Below, in pieces: positions 17,579 to 26,413 of a stretch of 43,677 bases of DNA; position 1 is the stretch's first letter, and each line of letters starts with the position of its first letter. Source of the stretch: a virus. The notes beneath the pieces are model-generated. The model saw nothing but the letters and a program-made list of their open reading frames with translations, ran no database searches and was not told the DNA's origin. The position numbers and the translations under genes are program-made. The stretch spans positions 1 to 43,677 of IMG/VR virus record IMGVR_UViG_3300045988_057586; one strand, given 5' to 3'.

Positions 17579-18022
17579 GTGGCAGGACTGACAAACAAAC
17601 AGGAGGCCTTCGTGCTGGCACTCATCGAGGGAAAGAGCCAGCGTGAGGCATACCGCAGCGCCTACAAGGCCGGACGCATGAAAGACGAAACGGTCGATCA
17701 GTGTGCGTGCCGGCTGCTGAAGAACCCCAAGGTTTCCGCAAGGTATGAGGAATTGCAGGCAGCCGTGCGAGGAGAGGCGGAACAGCGCAGCGTTGCGACG
17801 GCGGCGGACGTGCTGGAGGAGCTGTCGAACGTCGGCATGGGGCGAGTCAAGTACCCGGCCTACGATATGTTCGGCAATGAGCATCAGCAGTTCCCGAGCG
17901 TTACGCAGCGTACCAAGGCGCTGGAGCTTCTCGGCAAGAAATACGGTCTGTTTACCGATAAGGTGAACATGAGCGGCGTGATTCCTGTCGTAATCACCGG
18001 CGGTGATGAGCTTGAAGACTGA
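17579..18022 (+). CDS. terS: Terminase small subunit
   Basis: GTG start. LTNKQEAFVLALIEGKSQREAYRSAY is a TerS-type HTH. Directly precedes terL. Confidence 0.85.
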   Translation: MAGLTNKQEAFVLALIEGKSQREAYRSAYKAGRMKDETVDQCACRLLKNPKVSARYEELQAAVRGEAEQRSVATAADVLEELSNVGMGRVKYPAYDMFGNEHQQFPSVTQRTKALELLGKKYGLFTDKVNMSGVIPVVITGGDELED

Positions 18023-19265
18023 CAAGCGGATCCTGCGCCTGCCGGAGATCGTCGGGCGCGGCTACGGCACGTTCTGGAACTTCAAGGGCCGCTATCGCGT
18101 GTGCAAGGGCAGCCGTGCCAGCAAGAAGAGCAAGACGACCGCGCTCAACCAGATCAATCGTATCATGGAGTACCCGGAAGCCAATCTGCTGGTCGTCCGC
18201 AAAACGTACCGCACGCTGAAGGACTCCTGCTTTGCTGAGCTCAAGTGGGCGATTCACCGGCTGGGCGTTGATGCATGGTGGGCGGTCAAGGAAAGCCCGC
18301 TTGAAATGACATATCTGCCGACCGGCCAGAAGATCTACTTCCGCGGTCTGGACGATCCGCTCAAGGTGACATCCATCACGGTTGATGTCGGTCAGCTGTG
18401 TTTTCTCTGGCTCGAGGAGGCCTACGAGGTCACACGCGAGGAGGACTTCGATATGCTGGACGAATCCATTCGAGGCGAGAGCGCACCGGGTTTGTTCAAG
18501 CAGATCACGATCACGTTCAACCCGTGGAACGAGCATCACTGGCTGAAAAAGCGCTTTTTCGATGCGCCGCCGGATCCGGACATTCTCGCCATGACGACCA
18601 ATTACACCTGCAACGAGTGGCTGGACGACGCAGACAAGCGCCTGTTCGAGCGTATGAGGCAGAACAATCCTCGGCGCTACCGTGTTGCCGGTCTGGGTGA
18701 CTGGGGCATTGTGGACGGCCTGATTTTCGAGAACTGGGAAGAACGAGAGTTCGACATTGACGAGCTGCGCCGCAGGCCGGAACTTCACACCGTGTTCGGT
18801 CTGGACTTTGGCTACACGAACGACCCGACCGCACTGTTCTGCGGCATGATCGACCGCGTGAGCCGCACGCTGTACGTCTTTGACGAGATGTACGAAAAGG
18901 GAATGTCCAACGAACGTATTGCGGAGCATGTGGCTGCTATGGGCTACACCAAGGAGCGCATCACGGCCGACAGCGCCGAACCGAAGTCCATCGACCGCCT
19001 GCGGGAGCTTGGCCTGTACCGCATCCGTGCGGCACGCAAGGGCAAAGACAGTATCGCCAACGGCATTGACTTCCTGCAGGACTACCGCATCGTCGTGCAT
19101 CCGCGCTGCGTGCACTTCATCACCGAGATTTCAAACTACACCTGGGACACCGACCGCTTCGGCAACAAGATCGGCCGACCCATTGACGACTTCAACCATC
19201 TTATGGACGCCATGCGCTACGCCTGCGAGGGCGATATGCGCGGCGCAACATTCAGTTTCGACTAA
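18003..19265 (+). CDS. terL: Terminase large subunit (PBSX-type)
   Basis: Degenerate Walker A motif (CKGSRASKKSKTTA), Walker B LWLEEA, and a C-terminal nuclease domain. Confidence 0.95.
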   Translation: MMSLKTDKRILRLPEIVGRGYGTFWNFKGRYRVCKGSRASKKSKTTALNQINRIMEYPEANLLVVRKTYRTLKDSCFAELKWAIHRLGVDAWWAVKESPLEMTYLPTGQKIYFRGLDDPLKVTSITVDVGQLCFLWLEEAYEVTREEDFDMLDESIRGESAPGLFKQITITFNPWNEHHWLKKRFFDAPPDPDILAMTTNYTCNEWLDDADKRLFERMRQNNPRRYRVAGLGDWGIVDGLIFENWEEREFDIDELRRRPELHTVFGLDFGYTNDPTALFCGMIDRVSRTLYVFDEMYEKGMSNERIAEHVAAMGYTKERITADSAEPKSIDRLRELGLYRIRAARKGKDSIANGIDFLQDYRIVVHPRCVHFITEISNYTWDTDRFGNKIGRPIDDFNHLMDAMRYACEGDMRGATFSFD

Positions 19266-19279
19266 AGGAGGGACGAGCC

Positions 19280-20761
19280 ATGTTCCAATTCGATCAGACA
19301 TACGAGGACTATTTGCTGTCCCTCGGCAGAGAAAACACCGATCAGCGCATGACGGACGCGCAGTTCATCGTGCAGGAGATCTACCGGTTCTGGCGCTCTA
19401 AACGCTGCCGCAACATGATGGACGGCGACCTGTACTATCGCGGCAGGCACGCCATTCTGCACAAGCAGCGTACGGCTATCGGTGAGAACGGCGAGCTGAT
19501 TACGCTGGATAATTTGCCGAACAGCCGCATTGTGGACAACCAGTTCCGCAAGCTAGTCGATCAGAAAGCCAACTATCTGGTCGGACAGCCGTTCGTCATT
19601 CGGTCGGAAGATCAGTCGTTTGTGGACGCCCTGCGGCCGTACCTGCTGACAAAGAAGTTCGCGCGGCTCATCAAGGTGGTCACCCGCGATGCGCTGTGCT
19701 GCGGCATCGGATGGCTGTTCCCGTATTACGACGAGAACGGCGCTCTGGCGTTTCGGCGGCTGCGCCCTTATGAAGTTATCCCTCTGTGGGCGGACGAGGA
19801 ACACACACGACTTGACGCCGCCATCCGCGTATATGACATGACCGAGTACGTCGGCCTGACCGAGAAGATCGTGCACCGCGTGGAGGTGTACGATGACACC
19901 GGCATTCACTACTTCACGCTGTCCGGCGGCAGCCTGACACCGGTCGAGCCTTTCTCCGCGCCGTACATCATGGCCGGAGAGCAGGCGTACAACTGGGAGC
20001 GCATCCCGCTGATCGCTTTCAAGTACAACGCAGACGAAACGCCGCTGCTGACGCGCTGCCGCTCCATGCAGGACGGTCTTAACGCCATCGAGAGCCAGTG
20101 GCAGGACCAGATGCAGGAGGATCCGCGCAACACCATCATGGTGCTGGTCAACTACGATGGCGAGAACCTCGGTGAGTTCCGCAGGAACCTTGCAACCTAC
20201 GGTGCGGTTAAGGTTCGTTCGGACAGCTCGGGCGGCGGTGACGTGCGTACCCTGCAAATCGAGGTTAACGCCGAGAATTATCAGACACTGGTCGCACAGT
20301 TCAAGAAAGCGATTATCGAGAACTGTATGGGCTACGATGCTAAGGACGACCGGCTCGGCGGCAATGCCAACGAGATGAACATCAAGTCCATGTACTCAGA
20401 CATCGAGCTGGACACGAACGGCATGGAAACCGAATACCAGGCGGCGTTTGAGGAACTGATCTGGTTCATCACCTGCCATATTTCAAACACCGGCGGCGGA
20501 GATTTTGAAAATGAGCCTTACGAGTTGATTTTCAATCGCGACATTTTGATTTCCGAATCCTCTGCTATCGCGGACTGCCGGAACAGCATGGGCGTTATCA
20601 GCAATGAAACCATCGTGGCAAATCATCCGTGGGTCGATGATGTACAGGGTGAACTGGACCGCCTGGCGGCCGAGAAGGAAGCAAATCTTGACCTGTACGG
20701 CGGTTTTGGACAAAACAGTCCGCCACCGGATGATGAACCGCCGGACGATAACAACGATTAA
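19280..20761 (+). CDS. Portal protein (SPP1 gp6-like)
   Basis: 493 aa immediately after terL. Acidic Pro-rich C-terminus. Confidence 0.9.
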   Translation: MFQFDQTYEDYLLSLGRENTDQRMTDAQFIVQEIYRFWRSKRCRNMMDGDLYYRGRHAILHKQRTAIGENGELITLDNLPNSRIVDNQFRKLVDQKANYLVGQPFVIRSEDQSFVDALRPYLLTKKFARLIKVVTRDALCCGIGWLFPYYDENGALAFRRLRPYEVIPLWADEEHTRLDAAIRVYDMTEYVGLTEKIVHRVEVYDDTGIHYFTLSGGSLTPVEPFSAPYIMAGEQAYNWERIPLIAFKYNADETPLLTRCRSMQDGLNAIESQWQDQMQEDPRNTIMVLVNYDGENLGEFRRNLATYGAVKVRSDSSGGGDVRTLQIEVNAENYQTLVAQFKKAIIENCMGYDAKDDRLGGNANEMNIKSMYSDIELDTNGMETEYQAAFEELIWFITCHISNTGGGDFENEPYELIFNRDILISESSAIADCRNSMGVISNETIVANHPWVDDVQGELDRLAAEKEANLDLYGGFGQNSPPPDDEPPDDNND

Positions 20762-20775
20762 GGGAGGTGCGGCGC

Positions 20776-22407
20776 GTGCGCAATCAGGAATACTGGCAGA
20801 AACGCTTTTCGGCTGTTGAAGAAATGCGAAACAAGCGCGGCAGATTGACGGTTGACCAGATCGCGCCGCACTTCGACCGGGCACAGGCTACCATCGACAA
20901 GGAGATCCGCGTCTGGTATCAGCGCTTTGCGGACAACAACGGTATTTCGCTTGCGGAGGCCAAGAAGCTGCTGCGGCAGAACGAGCTTGACGAGCTGAAA
21001 TGGGACATTGAGGAATATATCAAGCGCGGGCAGGAAAACGCCGTGTCGCAGAAGTGGCTGAAAGAGCTGGAGAACGCCTCGGCAAAGTTTCATATTTCAC
21101 GGCTGGAAGCGCTCAAGCTGCGGACGCAGAACGCTGCGGAAAACGCCTTTGCCGCCGAGCAGAACAAGCTGACCGACCGGCTCGTGGGCACCTGGAAAGA
21201 GGATTACTACCGCACCGCCTTTGAGGTGCAGAAAGGCTTCTCTCTCGGTTTTGACGTTGCGCGGGTGGACGAAAACCGCGTAAAGAAACTGCTGGATACA
21301 CCGTGGACGGCGGACGGGCAGACGTTCTCCGACCGCATCTGGAAGTCCAAGGCGCAGCTGCTCGACAGCGTGAGTTCCGAGCTGACACAGATGTGCATCC
21401 TCGGCAAAGCGCCCGATGATGCCATTGCCACTATTGCAAAGCGCATGAACGTCGCCAAAAGTCAGGCGGGACGCTTGGTAATGACCGAGAACGCTTATTT
21501 TGGTTCTGCTGCACAGAAGCAGTGCTATAAAGACCTCGATGTAGAACAGTATCAGATCGTAGCTACTCTGGACAGCCGCACGTCCGACATCTGCCGCCAC
21601 CTCGACGGCAAGGTGTTCGATATGAAGGACTACGAGCCGGGTGTTACCGCACCGCCGTTCCATATTTACTGCCGCAGTTGTACTGTACCGTACTTCGCGG
21701 ATAACGACGAGAACGGTATGCGTGCCGCGAGGGACGAGAACGGCAAAACGTACTATGTACCTGCGGATATGACATATGAAGAATGGGCACAGCGGTCGGT
21801 AAAGGGCGAGCGCGGCATTACGAATAAGCGCGCACCGAAAGAGAACGACTACCGCGTAAATTTCGATATAGTCAATGCGCCGGGGTACATGAAGAAATTT
21901 CGCGGCATGACCGGCAATACCGCTGCTGATGAAAGCCTGTGCAAGTACGCGCGGGCAGCTCTGACGCACCGCGACGGCACAAACTGCGAGGATGTGTATA
22001 TTATTTCTCGCAAAACCGGCGAGGTACTCGGAAAGAATGTCGCCGACGATATGCCGTTTGGTGTCAGACCGAATGACGATATTCGGAACGCTGTCAGAAA
22101 CCATCAAGGCGATCTGGTCGGTATACATACCCATCCGGACGGCTCACCGCCTACAGGAAGCGACTTTGAAACCTCCGCTCGTCGAGGGTACGAATTGGGC
22201 GTTGCGGCCTGCGCTGATGGCAGCGTTTATGTGTACAAGCACTCGAAACGTCCTGTTTCCCAGCTGCTTATCGACGATACGATTGAAAAATACAAAAATC
22301 GTCTTGACAGCGATGGAAAACGGGTATATCATTCAGATATAGAAGCGCATCTTGCAGCTTTAGATCAACTTGCAAAGGAGTACGGGATCTATTATGAAAA
22401 GAAGTAA
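20776..22407 (+). CDS. MuF/SPP1 gp7-like minor head protein with an extra C-terminal domain
   Basis: MuF core ends at LDSRTSDICRHLDGKVF...PPFHIYCRSCTVPY, followed by about 230 additional residues including IHTHPDGSPPTGSD. The start is GTG 20776 or 20767. Confidence 0.85.
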   Translation: MRNQEYWQKRFSAVEEMRNKRGRLTVDQIAPHFDRAQATIDKEIRVWYQRFADNNGISLAEAKKLLRQNELDELKWDIEEYIKRGQENAVSQKWLKELENASAKFHISRLEALKLRTQNAAENAFAAEQNKLTDRLVGTWKEDYYRTAFEVQKGFSLGFDVARVDENRVKKLLDTPWTADGQTFSDRIWKSKAQLLDSVSSELTQMCILGKAPDDAIATIAKRMNVAKSQAGRLVMTENAYFGSAAQKQCYKDLDVEQYQIVATLDSRTSDICRHLDGKVFDMKDYEPGVTAPPFHIYCRSCTVPYFADNDENGMRAARDENGKTYYVPADMTYEEWAQRSVKGERGITNKRAPKENDYRVNFDIVNAPGYMKKFRGMTGNTAADESLCKYARAALTHRDGTNCEDVYIISRKTGEVLGKNVADDMPFGVRPNDDIRNAVRNHQGDLVGIHTHPDGSPPTGSDFETSARRGYELGVAACADGSVYVYKHSKRPVSQLLIDDTIEKYKNRLDSDGKRVYHSDIEAHLAALDQLAKEYGIYYEKK

Positions 22408-22573
22408 AAATAAGCACCCGGATAACTCCGAGCGCTATGCACCCGGTCACCTCTACTATGACGGTCCGGTCGTAGACTCTGGCCGCACGATGGAAGAGAT
22501 CGATGCAGACATCGAACGCGAAAAAGAACGCATGGCACATATGGAATGGCCGCCTAAGTACAACGGAGAATAA
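22394..22573 (+). CDS. Small hypothetical protein (59 aa)
   Basis: ATG 22394 follows AAGGAG and overlaps the end of the MuF gene. Confidence 0.5.
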   Translation: MKRSKNKHPDNSERYAPGHLYYDGPVVDSGRTMEEIDADIEREKERMAHMEWPPKYNGE

Positions 22574-22606
22574 CCACCAAAGAGCAATCTGCGGTGGTTT
22601 TCTTTT
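22572..22606 (+). terminator. Possible intrinsic terminator
   Basis: AACCACC..GGTGGTT hairpin with a 14-nt loop, followed by TTTTCTTTT. Confidence 0.4.
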
Positions 22607-22658
22607 ACCCAAAACTGCATACCAAACGCTTTACCAAACGGTGAGGCGTTTTTCTTTT

Positions 22659-22733
22659 GCCGGCATAGCTCAGAGGCAGAGCAGGGCGCTTTTAACGCTC
22701 AGGTCGGGATTTCAAAATTCCCTGCCGGCACCA
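22659..22733 (+). tRNA. tRNA-Lys (anticodon UUU), CCA encoded
   Basis: Folded by hand. Acceptor stem GCCGGCA/TGCCGGC, D arm GCTC-AGAGGCA-GAGC, anticodon arm GGGCG-CTTTTAA-CGCTC, T arm GGGAT-TTCAAAA-TTCCC, then discriminator A and CCA. Confidence 0.8.
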
Positions 22734-22821
22734 CTTCGGCGCTTTGGCATTTCCGCCGCAAACCGAAAGACCGCAAACACCGGACTGAACCGGGCAACAA
22801 ATGTGAAAGGAAGAAAAGACC

Positions 22822-23427
22822 ATGAAAAAAGAAGAACTGATGAAACTGGACGGTATGACTGACGCACTGGCGGCTGCTGTGCTGAATCTCGCCAAGGGTG
22901 ATACCGAGGGCATGATTCCCAAGGCACGCCTCGATGAAGTGATTGCAGAGCGCGACAACGCCCGCAAGGAACACGCGGACGTACTGAAAGAGCTGGGTGC
23001 ACTCCAGAAGGAAACCGGCGATGCTGCCGACCTGCGCGACAAGATCAAGTCGCTCGAGGACGCAGCCAAGGAGAGCCAGAAAAAGCACGATACCGAAATC
23101 CACACCCTCAAGGTGGACAACGCAGTAAACTCTGCGCTGCTGGGTTCGGGTGCGCGGAACGTCAAGGCGGCCAAGGCCCTGCTGAACCTCGATAAGGCCG
23201 AGCTGGCCGAGGACGGCACTGTTAAGGGTCTGGCAGACCAGATCAAGGCACTCCAGACCGCCGAGGACAGCAAGTTCCTGTTCGGTTCTTCTACGCCCAA
23301 ACTCAAGGGTGCCAAGGCGGGCGAGAGCGGCGACGATGACGGCAGCCATCAGGTAGACATCTCCAAGATGACCTACACGGAGCTGGCCGCTTACATGGCG
23401 GAGCACCCCGACGAAAAAATCAACTGA
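22822..23427 (+). CDS. Capsid scaffolding protein
   Basis: Coiled-coil, charged 201-aa protein immediately upstream of the major capsid gene. Confidence 0.75.
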   Translation: MKKEELMKLDGMTDALAAAVLNLAKGDTEGMIPKARLDEVIAERDNARKEHADVLKELGALQKETGDAADLRDKIKSLEDAAKESQKKHDTEIHTLKVDNAVNSALLGSGARNVKAAKALLNLDKAELAEDGTVKGLADQIKALQTAEDSKFLFGSSTPKLKGAKAGESGDDDGSHQVDISKMTYTELAAYMAEHPDEKIN

Positions 23428-23448
23428 TGAAAGGAAAGTGAAATCGAA

Positions 23449-24540
23449 ATGGCTGAAACCAAGTTTGACAGCAAATCTTTCAACCCGCAGGCGTTCGGCG
23501 CGTATGTAAACCGAATTCCGAACACTACCAAGACCGAGCTGGCGAAGTCCGGCGCAGTCGGCGCGAACGAGCAGGCACGCGGTGCCCTCTCGAGCCAGAC
23601 CGGCGCACTGTACGCACGAGTGCCGTACTTCGGCCGCATCTCCGGCAAGACCAGCCAGAACAACGACGGTGCGACCAACATCAACAGCACCGCAACCACT
23701 ACCTACGAGCAGGGCTTTGTCGTTGCCCGCCGTATGGACGCATGGACCGAGCGCAACTTCTCGACCAACATTACCGCAGGCGTGAAATTCATGGACAACG
23801 TAGCCGCGCAGATCGCGGACTACAAGATGGAGGTCAAGCAGGCTATGCTGCTGGCGATTCTGTCCGGTGTGTTCTCCATGAGCACCTCTGCCGGCACCGC
23901 TATCCAGAAGAGCGCTGCAAAGGAGTTCCTTGCGGGCCATGTGTACGACATTACCGGCAAGACCGGCGATGAGGCTATGGTCGGCGCAGCCACTCTGAAT
24001 GCAGCGATGCAGCAGGCTTGCGGCGATAACAAGTCCATCTTTAAGCTGGTCATCATGCACAGCGCAGTGGCAACGAACCTTGAGAACCTGCGCCTGCTCA
24101 AGTACATGACCTACACCGACGAGGACGGCATTCAGCGCGATCTGTCGCTCGGCACCTGGAACGGCCGTCTGGTCCTCGTAGACGACGGTATGCCGACTGA
24201 GGAGGTTGCGGCGGATTCCGGCAAGGGCACCGCTGCGTACACCAAGTATACTACCTACGTTCTCGGTGAAGGCTCCATCATTCTGGACGACATCGGTGAC
24301 TCCGTACCGTATGAGATGAGCCGTGATCCCAAGACCAACGGCGGTCAGGATACGCTGTATGTCCGTGACGGCTTTATCTGTGGCGTTGCTGGTCTGTCCT
24401 TCGAGAAGCCTGCGACGATTACCGCATCTGCTACCAACACTGACCTGTCCACCGGTGCAAACTGGTCTGTCATCAACGACGGCACCAACGCAATCCCGCA
24501 CAAGTCTATCGCGCTGGCAAAGATCGTTTCCAAGGGTTAA
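23449..24540 (+). CDS. Major capsid protein
   Basis: 363 aa. Assigned from its position after the scaffold gene and a strong RBS. Confidence 0.85.
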   Translation: MAETKFDSKSFNPQAFGAYVNRIPNTTKTELAKSGAVGANEQARGALSSQTGALYARVPYFGRISGKTSQNNDGATNINSTATTTYEQGFVVARRMDAWTERNFSTNITAGVKFMDNVAAQIADYKMEVKQAMLLAILSGVFSMSTSAGTAIQKSAAKEFLAGHVYDITGKTGDEAMVGAATLNAAMQQACGDNKSIFKLVIMHSAVATNLENLRLLKYMTYTDEDGIQRDLSLGTWNGRLVLVDDGMPTEEVAADSGKGTAAYTKYTTYVLGEGSIILDDIGDSVPYEMSRDPKTNGGQDTLYVRDGFICGVAGLSFEKPATITASATNTDLSTGANWSVINDGTNAIPHKSIALAKIVSKG

Positions 24541-24544
24541 AGCC

Positions 24545-24928
24545 ATGGACGGTATTCTGGACCGCGTATTGCAGCGGCTTGCGTCGTTCGGCTGCACCGC
24601 ACCCGACGAATGGGCGGTGCAGTTCTGCATCGACAAGGTGGAGAACCACATTAAGAACCAGATAAACCGCACCGACATTCCGGCAGAGCTTACTGAAGTA
24701 TGGGTAGACCGTACCTGTGGCGGGTATCTCAGTGCGGCGTATGCGTCCGGTAAGCTGGATCTGGAAAGTCTTGACCTGACGAACGCTGTCCAGTCGGTGA
24801 GCGAGGGTGACACGAGCGTCACCTTTGCCGCCGATGCCTCGGACAGTGCGCGTCTGTCCACGCTGATCGGCAGTCTGCTGACCGCCGGGGAGGAGGACTT
24901 GCTATGCTTCCGAAAGCTGCGGTGGTAA
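24545..24928 (+). CDS. Head-tail connector (gp6-like) protein
   Basis: ATG 24545 lies just after the capsid stop. The upstream part of ORF 24323 overlaps the capsid gene out of frame. Confidence 0.7.
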   Translation: MDGILDRVLQRLASFGCTAPDEWAVQFCIDKVENHIKNQINRTDIPAELTEVWVDRTCGGYLSAAYASGKLDLESLDLTNAVQSVSEGDTSVTFAADASDSARLSTLIGSLLTAGEEDLLCFRKLRW

Positions 24929-25275
24929 GCGTTCGCAAAACGCTGGAACGCGGCTACACCGGCACATTTACCGTCACCGAGCGCAGGAAAATCGTGCGTG
25001 ATGACCACAGCACCGGCTTTGCCGAGGTGCAAATCGTAACAGACCGGCCCTGCCGACTGTCGTTCACGACCTCGCCCGCGGCAGGGGACGGCGACACGGC
25101 AGCGCTCACGCAGAGCGTCAAGCTGTTCTGCGCGCCTGAGGTAAATATTCCTGAGGGCTCGCGCCTTACGGTTACGCAGAACGGCGTGACCGGCGACTAC
25201 GCCCGTTCCGGCATGGCGGCTCTGTACGATACCCATGCCGAGTATGTACTCGAAGCATTTCGGGGGTGGGCGTAA
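24904..25275 (+). CDS. Head closure / head-tail adaptor protein
   Basis: 123 aa. Assigned from synteny in the head-completion block. Confidence 0.7.
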   Translation: MLPKAAVVSVRKTLERGYTGTFTVTERRKIVRDDHSTGFAEVQIVTDRPCRLSFTTSPAAGDGDTAALTQSVKLFCAPEVNIPEGSRLTVTQNGVTGDYARSGMAALYDTHAEYVLEAFRGWA

Positions 25276-25814
25276 TGGCACGATCAAGCGTGAGCATGAA
25301 TTACGATGGTCTGAAGAAGCTGAGAGATCAGCTTGCGAAGATTGACCAGACAGACGAGTTCTTCAACGCCTGTGCAAAAGAGCTTGCCGCACGATTGCTT
25401 GCAAAAGTTATCAAACGTACCCCTGTTGGCGATTATCGTACTAAGGAAGTGCGCGTTGCCAAACGTGATGGTAAGAAGCACAAGAAAGGTGAGAAATACA
25501 CCGTCTGGGTCAAGCCTGCATCGGGCAAGACCGGCGGCACACTGCGCCGTGGCTGGACAGCCGGGCAGAACGCGAACGCCAAGGCCTACGCAGAAAGCCT
25601 GTCTGTGCAGCGTGTCGGCAGCGACTTCGTTATCGACATCATCAATCCAGTTGAGTACGCATCCTATGTGGAGTACGGGCACCGCACGGCAAACCACAAG
25701 AATTGGGTGGAAGGTAAGTTCATGCTGACACTCAGTGCAAAAGAGGTGCAGGACATGGCGCCGCGTATTCTCGAACGCAAGCTGGCAGACTATCTGCGGA
25801 GGTGTTTCAGTTGA
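25266..25814 (+). CDS. HK97 gp10-family protein
   Basis: Signature PVEYASYVEYGHRT. Confidence 0.8.
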   Translation: MGVMARSSVSMNYDGLKKLRDQLAKIDQTDEFFNACAKELAARLLAKVIKRTPVGDYRTKEVRVAKRDGKKHKKGEKYTVWVKPASGKTGGTLRRGWTAGQNANAKAYAESLSVQRVGSDFVIDIINPVEYASYVEYGHRTANHKNWVEGKFMLTLSAKEVQDMAPRILERKLADYLRRCFS

Positions 25815-26236
25815 CCATTGGAGCGATCACAAGCGCGGTTTCGACCGCTGTTTACAACGCTTTCGGTGATGAGTACGAGATTTACACAGACCGCGTAACG
25901 CAGGGTCTGCATGAACCGTGCTTTCTCATTTCGTGTCTGTCCGGTACACGCGGCGTGGACCTCGGCAGAAGATACGCACGAGCTGCTCAGTTTTCTGTGC
26001 AGTATTTCCCGAAAGTCGAGGGCGACAGCGCGGAAATCAACAGCGCCTTTGAGAAGCTGCTGGAAGCATTGGAAGCCATCGAGGCGGACGGCTGCCTGCT
26101 GCACGGCAGGGACATTACCGGCACGCCGCATGACGGTATGCTGACCGTCACCGCAATCTACGACGGCTTCGTGCTGCGGGAGGAAGCCCTTCCGGATATG
26201 GATTCCCTGACCACGCAGACGAACGCAAAGGAGTAA
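25802..26236 (+). CDS. Tail completion/terminator-position protein (XkdJ position)
   Basis: 144 aa directly upstream of the sheath block. Assigned from synteny only. Confidence 0.6.
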   Translation: MFQLTIGAITSAVSTAVYNAFGDEYEIYTDRVTQGLHEPCFLISCLSGTRGVDLGRRYARAAQFSVQYFPKVEGDSAEINSAFEKLLEALEAIEADGCLLHGRDITGTPHDGMLTVTAIYDGFVLREEALPDMDSLTTQTNAKE

Positions 26237-26238
26237 CT

Positions 26239-26412
26239 ATGACCAGAAAAACCAAGAACGAACCGCGGTTCTCTCGGAATGCGCTGCTGTATTCCGAGCT
26301 GTTCCGGCACGAACGTGACCTCATCTGTGCGCTGATTGCACCTGATGAGTATTGCACCGTGCAGGAAGTGCAGGACCGCATCAACAAATACAAGAAAGGA
26401 AAGGTGACCTGA
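26239..26412 (+). CDS. Small hypothetical protein (57 aa, not in the ORF track)
   Basis: ATG 26239 follows AAGGAG. Fills the gap before the sheath gene. Translates as MTRKTKNEPRFSRNALLYSELF... Confidence 0.5.
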   Translation: MTRKTKNEPRFSRNALLYSELFRHERDLICALIAPDEYCTVQEVQDRINKYKKGKVT

Positions 26413-26413
26413 T

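Noticed and set aside
20776-22407. A Mu-like transposable phage, because of the MuF domain
   Set aside because: No transposase (MuA/MuB) is present. TerS/TerL, an integrase and a PolA/primase replication module are present. MuF/gp7 domains are common in non-transposable phages.
22699-25287. 862-aa minus-strand ORF, together with similar long antisense ORFs at 12637..14625, 10658..12220, 15479..16609, 17994..19115, 26381..27355, 21097..22134 and 6050..6829
   Set aside because: Each lies antisense to a confidently recognised + strand gene (capsid, primase, polymerase, SNF2, TerL, sheath, MuF, Myb-like). None has an RBS. Their composition is Arg/Leu/Gly/His-rich and low in information. Open antisense frames are expected at this GC content.
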